Source: Eledone cirrhosa
Lineage: Eukaryota
Direction of reading: 5' to 3'
DNA: 64,000 bases
Assembly: GCA_964016885.1 (NCBI GenBank)
Contig: OZ024744.1
Coordinates: forward strand, 38,130,001-38,194,000
The position numbers and the translations under genes were made by a program. Each line of letters begins with the position of its first letter. Position 1 is the stretch's first letter. The notes under the pieces were generated by a model. That model did no database searches, was not told the origin of the DNA, and saw nothing but the letters and a program-made list of their open reading frames with translations. Shown here piece by piece: positions 1 to 12,804 of this stretch.

Positions 1-299
1 CAACAACAGCAAAAAACGAGAAAAACAAACAGAGAAAAACAAAAACAAAAAAAGACACCCCAAAAACGTAAAGAAAATAAGAATGAAGAGAGAAGCAGGC
101 GGACGGACAGAGAAGAGGGGGGAAAAAGTAAAACTTAAAAAACAAAAACTAAGTCAGACATTCGAATACTACATTACAATGAAACTTATGCTTATTCATT
201 TTTGGGGCCCTTTCTGCCCGTGTGTTTGTTTGCTTATGTGTGTCCGTATACAGCGTGGTAATAATGCAACACAAGGGCCAAGTGGGATGGCGGATCCAC

Positions 300-3200
300 A
301 GATGGCTATGTAAACATACATTCGCCAATCCTCGATAAGAGTGTTTAAATATCGAACATAAACAGTTCGAATAACGGTGAAATGGAGACTAGAACGTCAT
401 GTGACAGACTCTCACCCAACAGGTGCCCCCTGGCTCAGCAGCAGGAACCTGACTGTCAACCAAATACTGCTGATGTTGGAGGAAGAAGAAGAAGGAAAGG
501 GGCCAGAACCAACTGGACGAAAGAATTGAATAGAACTGTTATGCAATGCTACCTGAAAAGTAACCCCAAGGAGAGGGGCTACAGGAGACGGATGCATAAC
601 ATCTGGAACGAGATTGGTTTATTTAAATTAGATGAACAAAAATTGGCCGGGCAGGCTCGGGTAATAAGAACTAATGGGTGGATAAGCGAGCTGGAACTGG
701 AGGAACTGAGCAGAGAGAATGGCTTGGAGATGGCGGGTGTAGTATGCCAGACAAGCTAGCCGGCGGGAAATGAAGGTGAGGAGGTCCTGAGAACGGAGGA
801 ACCACCCGAAGCAGACAATGATCTGAATACTGAGATAAATAATACCTGGAACAGAGATACGGCCACTGAGGAGATGAATGCTGACGGGCTAGGACAAGAT
901 TCGGTTGACATCCTAAATTTAGTGGTAGATGAGTTGAACAATGATAGTGGGAGACCTATGAACCTAAGATTTGTAGACAGGAAAAAGTTAAAAGAAACAA
1001 CAGCTAAGGTAAACAAAGTCATCCCATACCTTGAGGCGAGGAGTCTTCACCAGTGCAACAATATCCTCAAAGCAACAGCAAATACGGTGAGGAAACTACT
1101 TGGTATAAAAGCGAGAGGAAACAACAGACAAGAAAGAGCAGAGCCGTGGTGGAAGAAGCGACTGAGTGGGCAAATCGAGGAAATGAGAAATGACATAGGA
1201 AAGCTTGAGTCACTACTGAATGGGACACTAAAAAACATAGGCACTAAAAATAGACTGGAAATAAAATACAAAACTAGGAGTAAAAAGCTAAATATTATCA
1301 TAGAGGAATTGAAGCAACGCATTGTAGCAAAGAGTGCCAAAATCAGGCGATACGAGAACAGAGTCAGTCAGTATGAACAGAACCGCATGTTCGACAACAA
1401 CCAGAAGATGCTGTTTGGACAGCTTGAGGGGAAAGAAAGAGGCAACGACTTGATCCCTGGGGCGGAACAAGCTAAAACATTCTGGAGAGGAATATGGGAG
1501 CAGGATGTTAGACACAATGCCCAGGCAGGGTGGATTGAGACAGTACAGAGGGAGATCGGTGAGCAGGCACAGCAACAGACTGATTTGAGTATCACAGTTG
1601 AAACTCTTAAGGGGCAAGCCAAAAAACTAACCAACTGGAAATCACCAGGCCCAGATGGTGTGCAGGGGTATTGGATTAAACATTTAACATCCCTCCACCC
1701 GAAGCTGACGGCCATGTTCAATGACTGCTTGGTGTCGGGTGAGGTGCCAGAGTGGTTGACAAAAGGTACCACAGTTCTGATAATGAAAGACCGAATCAAG
1801 GGTAATGATGTTACCAACTATAGACCTATCACATGTCTGCCCGTAATGTGGAAACTGTTGACGAGCATTGTGTCTGAGGAAATCTACCATCACCTCCACA
1901 CAAACAACTTGTTGCCGGACGAACAGAAAGGATGCCGAAAGAAGTCACGTGGTACAAAGGACCAGTTGCTTATTGATAAGATGGTAATGGGGAATTGCAG
2001 GAGGAGACACACTGATCTTGCCATGGGATGGATAGACTACAGAAAGGCATTTGACATGGTGCCTCATTCCTGGATCACCAAAAGCCTGGAGATCTTCAAG
2101 GTGGCAGATAACATCAGACAGTTGCTGGGCAGGAGTATGGGGTCCTGGGAGACAGAGTTGACATCAACTGGAGTATCCTTGGGAAGCGTGAGGATCAAGA
2201 GAGGTATCTTCCAGGGAGATAGCCTGTCCCCTCTGTTGTTTGTCCTTGCCCTGATGCCCTTGACCATTATGCTGCGAAAAGTGAGAGCAGGATACAAGTT
2301 GGGAAGGGGAGAGCTTACCATCAATCACCTCCTCTTCATGGACGATCTTAAGCTCTTCGGGAAAAGTGAGAAGGAGTTGGATGTGCTTGTTGACACTGTC
2401 CGTATTTTCAGCAGTGATATATGTATGCAGTTTGGTATTGGTAAATGTGGAGTCATTGTGATGAGGAGGGGTAGGTTGAGCGGAAGTAACGGGATCCAGA
2501 TACCAACAGGTGAGATGATAAAGGAAATTGACTCTGAGGAAGGATACAAGTATTTGGGCGTTCTGGAGGCTGATGGCATAAAGAATAAAAAAATGAAGGA
2601 ATTGTTAAGAACTGAATACATTCAGAGAGTAAGGAGCGTATTGAAGTCACATCTGAACAGCAGAAATGCCATAAGCGCAGTAAATTCCCGAGCTGTGTCT
2701 ATTATTAGGTACAGTGCGGGAATTCTGAGATGGAATGTTGCTGAACAAAAAGAAATGGATAGGAAGACTAGGAAGCTATTGACTATCTACAACATGTTCC
2801 ACAAGAGGAGTGATGTCGATAGACTCTACCTAAGGAGATCTGAGGGTGGAAGAGGTCTTATCAGCATAGAGGACTGTGTTCAGATGGAGAAAAACAACCT
2901 ATACAAATACGTGACCTATAGTAAGGAGCCAATGCTCAGAGCTGTACTGAAGGAGGGGACAGTAGGCCAGGGGATATCCAAGGAGGAAATAACATCAAGG
3001 AGGAAGAGCAGCTTTAAGGGAAAATCCCTTCATAGTACCTTCTTTGAGAAAACTGAATTTAGAGATCCACAGACATGGAACTGGTTGAGAAGAGGAGACC
3101 TCAAAAAGGCTACAGAAGGAATGCTAATGGCTGCGCAGGAGCAGGCCTTCAAAACGAAGTGGTTGAAGCACCATATCTACAAGGAGGAGGCTAGCCCACT

Positions 3201-3860
3201 GTGCAGGATCTGTGGAGAGAGAGAGGAGACTGTGGCTCACATTGTGTCCGAGTGTAAACACCTAGCCCAGACCCACTATAAGGGCTGGAGACACGATGTG
3301 ATGGGCAGGGTGATCCACTGGCACCTGTGCAAAGTAAACAATCTACCACATTCTGAGAAATGGTATGAGCATAAGCCAGAGGCGGTGATGGAGAACAGTC
3401 AGGTGAAGGTGCTGTGGGATTTTAGGATACAGACGGACAAAAAACTGGAACACAATAGACCTGACCTGGTGGTTGTGGACAAAGAAAAAAGATCGTGCCT
3501 GATTGTGGATGTGGCCTGCCCGTTCGACACGAGAGTGCAAGAGAAGGAGAGGGAGAAAATTAACCGATACCAGGACCTAAAGTGGGAGGTGAAAAGGATT
3601 TGGAACTGCCATGAAGTCAAAGTGATCCCGATTGTCATAGGCGCACTGGGGACTATCTCCAAAGGTTTCCAGGGATGGTTAAAGAAAATCGGCCCCTTCA
3701 CGCTTTTTGGAACGCTTCAAAAGGCATGCTTGCTTGGAACGGCAAGAACCCTCCGATACGTCCTGAATATCTGAGGCTGCAGGTAGTGGCTTGATATTCA
3801 ATCCAACGGACTTTCCAGTTAACCAACATCAATGACTGAGATTCAAGGAATAACAATAAC

Positions 3861-3900
<40 letters not shown>
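300..3900 (+). mobile_element. Dong/R4-like retrotransposon copy 1, near full length, with a (TAA)n tail; 5' boundary uncertain
   Basis: ORF above, a ~75-nt 3' UTR and an (AAT)n tail at 3849-3900. Dong-type elements are known to target TAA repeats. Confidence 0.88.
382..3774 (+). pseudogene. R4/Dong-clade non-LTR retrotransposon ORF, copy 1 (RT + CCHC zinc finger + restriction-like endonuclease), with one premature stop
   Basis: ORFs 382-759 and 874-3774 are in the same frame, separated by a single TAG at 757-759 (GAG in copy 2). Motifs: Myb-like WTKELNRTVMQCY, KSPGPDG, YRPITCL, GIFQGDSLSP, HLLFMDDLKL, CRICGEREETVAHIVSEC (CCHC), RHD, RPDLVVVD..DVACP (PD-D nuclease). Confidence 0.93.
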
Positions 3901-5742
3901 TGAATTTTTCAGGGTGACTCTTTATCACCGCTTTTATTCTGCATCGCACTTATACCATTAAGTAAAATGCTCAATGAAACAAAACATTGATATAAAGTCT
4001 ATGACAAAACCATTAATCACCTGTTCTACATGGATGACCTGAAACTATTTGCAAAAAATGATGAACAATTGCAAGGGCTATTATCCACTGTGGAGCAGTT
4101 CAGTGATGATATTAAAATGGAGTTTGGACTAGATAAATGCGCCAAAGCAACGTTCACCAGAGGAAAGCTGCTGAAGAGTTCAGACATTAATCTTGATCGG
4201 GGGAACGTGATAAGAGAACTTGATAAAAAAAAACTTACAAATATCTAGGTGTTTGTGAAGGAGACGGAATCAAGCACTCGACAATGAGGGAAAGGATAAG
4301 GAAGGAATGTTACCGCAGAGTAAGAGCAATCTTAAGAACGGAATTGAATGCAAGGAATAGGATCGATGCCATAAACACGCTTGCCATACCAGTAGTAACC
4401 TACAGTTACAATGTCATCAACTGGTCAAGCACAGAGATCCGTAGGCTCGATACAAAAATTCGAAAATTCTTAACCATGCACAGAATGCATCACCCTAAGG
4501 CAGATATAGATAGAATATATCTCCCTAGGAAAGAAGGAGGACGTGGGTTAATCCAGTTAGACATTGCGTTGAAAACTGCAACAATTGGATTATCTACATA
4601 TCTAAGGGAATCACATGATTGGATGATCAAACTCGTTTTGAAACACGAAAGCATCAAAAGATCATATTCCATTACAAAAGATGCACAAAGATACAGTAAT
4701 GGACTACAAATTTCAGAAGTCCCATTTACTGCTGAAATGGAAAACACAGAAAAAGCAAAGCAGGTAAAAGTAACTGCAAAGAAAAAACTGCTACAGAAAC
4801 TGGCTAAGAAATGGCAAGAAAAGCCTCTGTATGGAAAATACCCAGAGCGAGCTAACAATCCTGATGTTGACAAAACTTTAACCCATCAGTGGTTGGCATC
4901 CTCTGGACTGAAATCGGAGACTGAAGGACTGATTATATCAGCACAAGATCAGTGTCTGCCAACAAAAAATTACCAAGCCAACATAATAAAAAACGGGTGC
5001 AGCCCATTATGCCGTGTATGCAAAAAACAACCAGAGACCATTGACCATATAATTTCAATGTGCAGTCCTATAGCTCCAACCGAATACCTAAACAGGCAGG
5101 ACAGAGCTGCACAATACATACATTGGATAATGTGTAAGCATTTTGACCTGCCCCATCAAAAGAATTTGTGGGAGCATCAACCACCTCCCATACTTGAAAA
5201 AGATCACATCTCAATCTTGTAGAACTTTAGCATCCAAACAGACCGAAGAATTGATGCAAATAGACCTGATATAATATTGAAGGACTTTCAAAAGAGGGTA
5301 TGCCTGCTAATTGATATGTCTGTTCCAATAGACAAGAATGTATCTATAAAAATATTTGAAAAATTGAGCAAGTATAAGGACCTGGAGATAGAAATTGGAA
5401 AAATGTGGAAATTGAGAACTAAAACAATACCAGTGGTTGTAGGCGCTCTGGGAATGATACCTAAGGGGTCTAATGATTACCTATCGCAAATCCCAGGAAA
5501 GCCGCGTATAGGAGAAATACAAAAGATAGTACTAATGGGAACTGCCCATATACTAAGGAAGATTCTGTCAATATAAGTACATCACAAATCTAAACACTAA
5601 AGATGCATGTGTGAATATGTATGTTCTTTCTTGAACATGGCGGACCTTGTTGTCTCTTGAGGTCACTGGTTGTGACTTGGTGATAACTCGTATGAACATA
5701 AAGCAAGATAAATGCAACTATAATAATAATAATAATAATAAT
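3901..5742 (+). mobile_element. 5'-truncated Dong/R4-like element of a second family, adjoining the (TAA)n tail of copy 1
   Basis: Begins within RT at (G)IFQGDSLSPLLFCIALIPL. Contains HLFYMDDLKL, a frameshift in the A-run at ~4225-4233, CRVCKKQPETIDHIISMC, a TAG at 5220-5222 and RPDIILKD..DMSVP. Stop at 5576; (TAA)n at 5720-5742. Confidence 0.9.
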
Positions 5743-6157
5743 GAAAGACACACATGGTGGATAGAAGGCCGAGAAATCACTCCCGTAAGTTTTGATTTTT
5801 TAACATATTTAAATCAATTGTGAAATAACAATTCTTAGTACAAATGTTGCATAAGACATCCAGCTTGAGTCCCAAAAAATTCGGATCCACAATATATTGA
5901 TATATCGCTCAAATATTCAATTTTGTATTATACATTTTATATTCAAAAAGAAAATGGTTATAAATGGAAGGAAACCCTCTCTGTCTACACTATATAGAAC
6001 AGCCAAATAACAGCAATTTCACCAACATCAGAAACTAGATACACCACCTATCCCATCGCCCCTATGTGTACACTAAACACAACAGCCCGATAGCGGCAGT
6101 TTCACCACCACCACCACCAATCTCAGCATAATAATAATAATTACTATTACTATTGCC

Positions 6158-7440
6158 TCAAGTTTTAGTTTTAACAAAATGTTTAATTCCAATATTATGG
6201 GTAAATGTCAACACATACACGCGACTATTTCACTAAAGATAATTTCACCACCAATACCACCACCACTACCACGATGAAAACTCTGGTCAAGTCGACTCAA
6301 ATATCTACTCCAACTTCAACACCATCACTACAGTAATACGACCACATCACCACCACCACTGCCTCACTATCGCTACCGCCGCTATTCTCTCCCACTACCC
6401 CCTGCTAGTTGCTGCTAGCACAGCACCGCCACCGCTGCCGCTGCCTCAATATCACTACCGCCGCTATTCTCTCCCGGTGCCCCCTGCTACATTGTAGAAT
6501 TCCCACTAAAAGAGGAAAACATCAAAATATATAAATAGACTGAATTGATGACCTGGTCAAAATAATAAAATAAAAAAAATAAAAATCAAGTTTTAGTTAT
6601 AACAAAATGTTTGATTCCAATATTATGGGGAAATGTCAACGCATATACGCGACTAACGATAATTTCACTAAAGATAATGTCACCACCAATACCACCACCA
6701 CTACCACGATGAAAAGTCTGGTCAAGTCGACTCAAATTTCTACTCCAACTTCAACACCATCACTACAGTAATACGACCACATCACTACCACCGCTGCCTC
6801 ACTATCGCTACCGCCGCTATTCTCTCCCACTACCTCCAGCTAGTTGCTGCTGGCACAGCACCGCCACCGCCGCCACTGCCTCAATATCACTACCGCCGCT
6901 ATTCTCTCCCGCTACGCCTGCTCCATTGTAGAATTCTCACTAAAAGAAGAAAACATCGAAATATATAAATAGACTGAATTGATGAACCGATCAAAATTTA
7001 AAAAAACAACAATAATCAAAATCAATATTAGTTTTAACAAAATGTTTAATTCCAATATTATGGGTAAATGTCAACACATATACACAACTAACGATAATTT
7101 CACTAAAGATAATTTCACCACCAATACCACCACCACTACCACGATGAAAACTCTGGTCAAGTCGACTCAAATTTCTACTCCAACTTCAACACCATCACTA
7201 CAGTAATACGACCACATCACCACCACCGCTTCCTCATTATCGCTACCGCCGCTACTCTCTCCCACTACCTCCTGCTAGTTGCTGCTGGCACAGCACCGCC
7301 ACCACCACCGCCGCCGCTGCCTCAATATCACTACCGCCGCTATTCTCTCCCGCTATCCGTTGCTACATTGTAGAATTCCCACTAAAAGAGGAAAACATCA
7401 AAATATATAAATAGACTGAATTGATGACCCGGTCAAAATT
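6158..7440. repeat. Three tandem copies of a ~430-bp ACC/GCC-rich unit
   Basis: Marker GTTT(A/G)ATTCCAATATTATGGG at 6181, 6609 and 7044. Each unit ends ATAAATAGACTGAATTGATGA..TCAAAAT. Confidence 0.93.
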
Positions 7441-7793
7441 AAAAAAAAACAAAAAAAAAAAATCGAAGCAGCACAGCAACAACGAAAAACGTAAAGGAAA
7501 TAAAAATGAAGAGAAAAACAAACGGACGGACAGAGAAGGGGAGGGAAAAACTAATCAGACATTCAAACACTACATTACAATGAAACTTATGCTTATTCAT
7601 TTTTGGGGTTTTTTCTGCCTGTTTGTTTGTTTGTTTGGGTTCGTCTACAACGTGATAATGCCACACAAAAGTCACGTGGAGTGACGAAACCACCGGAGAC
7701 AAGTAATTCACCCGTGGTTATGTAACCATACATTCGCCAATCCTCGATAAGAGTGTTTAAATGACGAACCTATACAGTTCGAATAACGGTGAA

Positions 7794-10700
7794 ATGGAGA
7801 CTAGAATTTCATGTGACAGACTCTCACCCAACAGGTGCTACCTGGCTCAGCAGCAGCTGGTGTCGGAGGAAGAAGAAGAAGGAAAGGGACCAGAACCAAC
7901 TGGACGAAAGAATTGAATAGAACTGTTATGCAATGTTACCTGAAGAGTAACCCCAAGGAGAAAGGCTATAGGAAAAGGATGCATAACATCTGGAACGAGA
8001 TTGGTCCATTTAAATTAGATGAACAAAAACTGGCCGGGCAGGCTCGGGTAATAATAACTAATGGGTGGATAAGCGAGCTGGAACTGGAGGAACTGGGCAG
8101 AGAGATTAGCTTGGAGATGGAGGGTGGAGTATGCCAGGCAAACGAGACAGTGGGAAATGAAGGTGAAGAGGTCGAGAGAACGGAGGAACCACCCGAAACA
8201 GACAATGATCTGAATGCTGAGATAAATAATACCTGGAACAGAGATACGGCCACTGAGGAGATGAATGCTGACGGGCTAGGACAAGATTTGGTAGATATCC
8301 TAAACTTAGTGGTAGATGAATTGAACAATGATAGTGGGATACCTATGAACCTAAGATTTGTAGACAGGAAAAAGTTAAAAGAAACAACAGCTAAGGTAAA
8401 CAAAGTCATCCCATACCTTGAGGCGAGGAGCCTTCACCAGTGCAACAATATCCTCAAAGCAACAGCAAATACGGTGAGGAAACTACTTGGTATAAAAGCG
8501 AGAGGAAACAACAGACAAGAAAAAGCAGAGCCTTGCTGGAAGAAACGACTGAGTGGTCAAATCAGGGTAATGAGAAATGACATTGGAAAGCTTGAGTCCC
8601 TACTGAATGGGACACTAAAAAACATAGACACTAAAAATAGACTGGAAATAAAGTACAAAACTAGGAGGAAAAAGCTAAATATTATCATAGAGGAACTGAA
8701 GCAACGCATTGTAGCAAAAAGTGCAAAAATCAGGCGATACGAGAACAGAGTCAGTCAGTATAGACAGAACCGCATGTTCGACAACAACCAGAAGATGCTG
8801 TTTGGACAGCTTGAAGGGAAAGAAAGAGGCAACGACTTGATCCCTGATGCGGAATATACTAAAACATTCTGGAGAGGAATATGGCAGCAGGATGTTAAAC
8901 ATAATGACCAGGCAGTGTGGATTGAGACAGTACAGAAGGAGATCAGTGAAGAGGCACGCCAACAAACTGATTTGAGTATCACAGTTGAAACTCTTAAGGG
9001 GCACCCGAAAAACTAACCAACTGGAAATCACCTGGCCCAGATGGTGTGCAGGGGTATTGGATTAAAAACATAACATCCCTCCACCCGAAATCGACAACCA
9101 TGTTCAATGACTGCTTGATGTCAGGTGAGGTACCAGAGTGGCTGACAAAAGGTACCACAGTTCTGATAATGAAAGACCGAATCAAGGGTAATGATGTTAC
9201 CAACTATAGACCTATCACATGTCTGTCCGTAATGTGGAAACTGTTGACAAGCATTATGTCTGAGGAAATCTACCATCACCTCCACACAAACAACTTGTTA
9301 CCGGACGAACAGAAAGGATGCCGAAAGAAGTCACGCGGTACAAAGGACCAGTTACTTATTGATAAGATGGTAATGAGGAATTGCAAGAGGAGACACACTG
9401 GTCTTGCCATGGGATGGATAGACTACAAAAAGGCATTTGACATGGTGCCTCATTCACCAAAAGCCTGGAGATCTTCAGGGTGGCAGATAACATCAGGCCG
9501 TTGTTGGGCAAAAGTATGAAGTCCTGGGAAACAGAGTTAACATCAACTGGAGAATCCTTGGGAAGCGTGAAGATCAAGAGAGGTATCTTCCAGGGAGATA
9601 GTCTGTCCCCTCTGTTGTTTGTCCTTGCCCTGATGCCCCTGATCAGTGTACTGCGAAAAGTGAGAGCAGGATACAGGTTGGGAAAGGGAGGGCTTACCAT
9701 CAATCACCTCCTCTTCATGGACGATCTTAAGCTCTTCGGGAATAGTGAGAAGCAGTTGGATGTGCTTGTTGACACTGTCCGTATTTTCAGCAATGATATA
9801 TGTATGCAATTTGGTATTAGTAAGTGTGGAGTCATTGTGATGAGGAGGGGTACGTTGAGCAGAAGTAACGGAATCCAGATACCAACAGGTGAGATGATAA
9901 AAGAAATTGACTCTGAAGAAGGATACAAGTATTTGGGCATTCTGGAGACTGATGGCATCAAGAACAAAAAAATGAAGGAATTGATAAGAACTGAATACCT
10001 TCGGAGAGTAAGGAGCGTATTAAAGTCACATCTGAACAGTAGGAATGCCATAAGTGCAGTAAATTCCCGAGCTGTGTCTATTATTAGGTACAGTGCGGGA
10101 ATTCTGAGATGGAATGTTGCTGAACAAAAAGAAATGGATAGGAAGACTAGGAAGCTATTGACTATCTACAATATGTTCCACAAGTGGAGTGATGTCGATA
10201 GACTCTACTTAAGGAGATCTGAGGGTGGAAGAGGTCTTATCAGCATAGAGGACTGTGTTCAGATGGAGAAAAACAACATACACAAATACCGGACTGATAG
10301 TAAGGAGCCAATGCTCAGAGCTGTACTGAAGGAGGGGACAATAGGCCAGGGGATGTCCAAGGAGGAAATAACATCAAGGAGAAAGAGCAGCCTTCAGGAA
10401 AAATCCCTTCATACTACCTTCTTTGAGAAAACTTAATTTAGAGATCCACATACATGGAACTGGTTGAAAAGAGGAGACCTTAAAAAGGCTACAGAAGGAA
10501 TGTTAATGGCTGCGCAGGAGCAGGCCCTCAAAACGAAGTGGTTGAAACACCACATTTACAAGGAGGAGGCTAGCCCACTGTGCAGGATCTGTGGAGAGAG
10601 AGAGGAGACTGTGGCTCACATTGTATCCGAGTGTAAACACCTAGCCCAGACTCACTATAAGGGCTGGAGACATGATGTGATGGGCAGGGTGATCCACTGG

Positions 10701-11239
10701 CACCTATGCAAAGTAAACAATTTACCACATTCTGAGAAGTGGTATGAGCATAAGCCAGAGGCGGTGATAGAAAACGATCAGGTGAAGGTGCTGTGGGATT
10801 TTAGGATACAGACGGACAAAAAACTGGAACACAATAGACCTGACCTGGTGGTTGTGGACAAAGAAAAAAGATCGTGCCTGATTGTGGATGTGGCCTGCCC
10901 GTTCGACACGAGAGTGCAAGAGAAGGAGAGGGAGAAAATTAACCGATACCAGGACCTAAAGTGGGAGGTGAAAAGGATTTGGAACTGCCATGAAGTCAAA
11001 GTGATCCCGATTGTCATAGGCGCACTGGGGACTATCTCCAAAGGTTTCCAGGGATGGTTAAAGAAAATCGGCCCCTTCACGCTTTTTGGAACGCTTCAAA
11101 AGGCATGCTTGCTTGGAACAGCAAGAACCCTCCGATACGTCCTGAATATCTGAGGCTGCAGGTAGTGGCTTGATATTCAATCCAACGGACTTTCCAGTTA
11201 ACCAACATCAATGACTGAGATTCAAGGAATAACAATAAC

Positions 11240-11280
<41 letters not shown>
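7794..11280 (+). mobile_element. Dong/R4-like retrotransposon copy 2 (same family as copy 1), disrupted ORF, (TAA)n tail
   Basis: ATG at 7794 in the same context as ATG 382. ORF is broken near 7840, ~9010 and ~9455, with a stop at 10434-10436 and the end at 11153. The 3' UTR is identical to copy 1; (AAT)n runs to 11280. Confidence 0.93.
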
Positions 11281-11281
<1 letters not shown>

Positions 11282-11461
11282 GCAATGAAAATACGCATAT
11301 AAATATTAAACCTAGCAATATAGAGAGTATATTGAGAGATATATCTCTTCAGATGACCCAATGTGTGTGTGTGTCTGTGTGTATGTTTATCCCGGGTTCA
11401 ATGAGGGATAACCACAGTAAGTATGGTACTTAATATATAGCAGAGTATAAATATTTGTATA

Positions 11462-11574
11462 TAGAAATGGCTTCAACAGGACTAGAACTGTTTCATTCGA
11501 AGGAAGGAAATCATCAGCTTTCCTGATGAGTTCCTTCGAACGAACCAGTTCTAGTCCTGTAGAAGCCATTTCTA
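11462..11574. repeat. Imperfect fold-back palindrome (~52-56-bp arms) abutting (TA)n
   Basis: TAGAAATGGCTTCAACAGGACTAGAACTG...TCATCAG / CTGATGA...CAGTTCTAGTCCTGTAGAAGCCATTTCTA. Confidence 0.92.
11517..11566 (+). ncRNA. Type-I hammerhead ribozyme motif with one core substitution
   Basis: GCTTTC-CTGATGA-GTTC cttc GAAC-GAAC(consensus GAAA)-CAG ttctagtc CTG-TA-GAAGC. The mirror copy on the minus strand retains GAAA. Confidence 0.7.
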
Positions 11575-11575
11575 G

Positions 11576-11622
<47 letters not shown>

Positions 11623-11625
<3 letters not shown>

Positions 11626-12612
11626 AGAAAACACAGGTAAGCATTAAAAAAAGGATTTTATCCAGGTATTTACGACCGTTTCATTGGTAAGCGCAAACTT
11701 ATATCGCTATACTAAAATAGCAGCCACTCAATAATTGTTTCTACTTTTGGCACAAGGCCAGCAATTAACCAGTGCATTACTGGTACTTTATTTTATCGAC
11801 CCCGTAAGGATGAAAGGCAAAGTTAACCTCGGCGGGTTAACTTTGCCTTTCATCCTTACGGGGTCGATAAAATAAAGTACCAGTAATGCACTGGATAATT
11901 GCTGGCCTTGTGCCAAAAGTAGAAACAATTATTGAGTGGCTGCTATTTTAGTATAGCGATATAATAATTGTTATTCACCTCCAAAATTTCAAAATAATGA
12001 ATAAGTTACTTGTAAAAGGTTCTTAATATATTAAAAAAACCCTTTTCTTTTTTCGAATTGTATTTACTAGTATAGAGAGAGAGGAAGGGGGAGAAGAATT
12101 AGGAAGTAGAGGGACAAACGGAGATGGAGGGAGGGGTAAAGGTGGAAGGTTTCCTCGATTAGTTTTGATTCGGAGACTTGATGTCGTCAATTTACAGTGT
12201 AGGGAGTTAAAGAGAATTAAATCGTTTATAGTGGGAGAGAGAGAGAGAGAGAGAGGGAGAGAGAGGGGGAGATAGGGGGAGAGAGAGAGGGGGAGAGATA
12301 AAGAAATACATATATATAATAATAAAAATAAAGAAGGGGGTGGGGGTTGGGGGGGATAACAGCAAAGAAAAGAGAGCGAAAAAGGGGAGGGAAGAAAAGA
12401 AGAAAACGAAAGATGAGAAAAAAAGATGAAGGAGGAGGGAGGAGCATAGGTATTGGTTATTGTGGGTAATTAAAGGGGCTAGATTCAATAAGAGGGTAGA
12501 TAGTCTAAGTATATGCAGTTTGTCAGGTGGTAGTAAGGTTGCACTTACCAATGAAACGGTCGTAAATACCTGGATAAAATCCTTTTTTTAATGCTTACCT
12601 GTGTTTTCTCTT
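11623..12612. repeat. Spaced inverted repeat (11623-11701 vs 12534-12612) carrying a hammerhead 3' half
   Basis: AAGAGAAAACACAGGTAAGCATT...GACCGTTTCATTGGTAAG vs CTTACCAATGAAACGGTCGTAAATACC...CCTGTGTTTTCTCTT. Confidence 0.9.
11699..11964. repeat. Near-perfect 130-bp-arm palindrome made from a SINE 3' half plus flank
   Basis: Arms 11699-11828 and 11835-11964, loop TCGGCG, one visible mismatch. Confidence 0.95.
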
Positions 12613-12746
12613 TTATTCTTTATACTCCAAGATTGAACGTGAATCTTACAAACTTGTGTCGTTACCCCTAACCGTACGTTGAAACCGTCCATGGAACTAG
12701 CTTTCTTAACCACAAACTGGATTACAATAAGCAATTTTCTGCTTTC

Positions 12747-12804
<58 letters not shown>

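Noticed and set aside
757-759. Programmed readthrough or a two-ORF structure in Dong copy 1
   Set aside because: Copy 2 has GAG at this codon, so a point mutation is the simpler explanation.
412-11361. Minus-strand ORFs over the retrotransposons
   Set aside because: Antisense shadows of the RT ORFs with no recognisable domains.
12140-12200. Minus-strand peptide RHQVSESKLIEETF resembling a GIY-YIG C-terminus
   Set aside because: Too short and lacks diagnostic residues.
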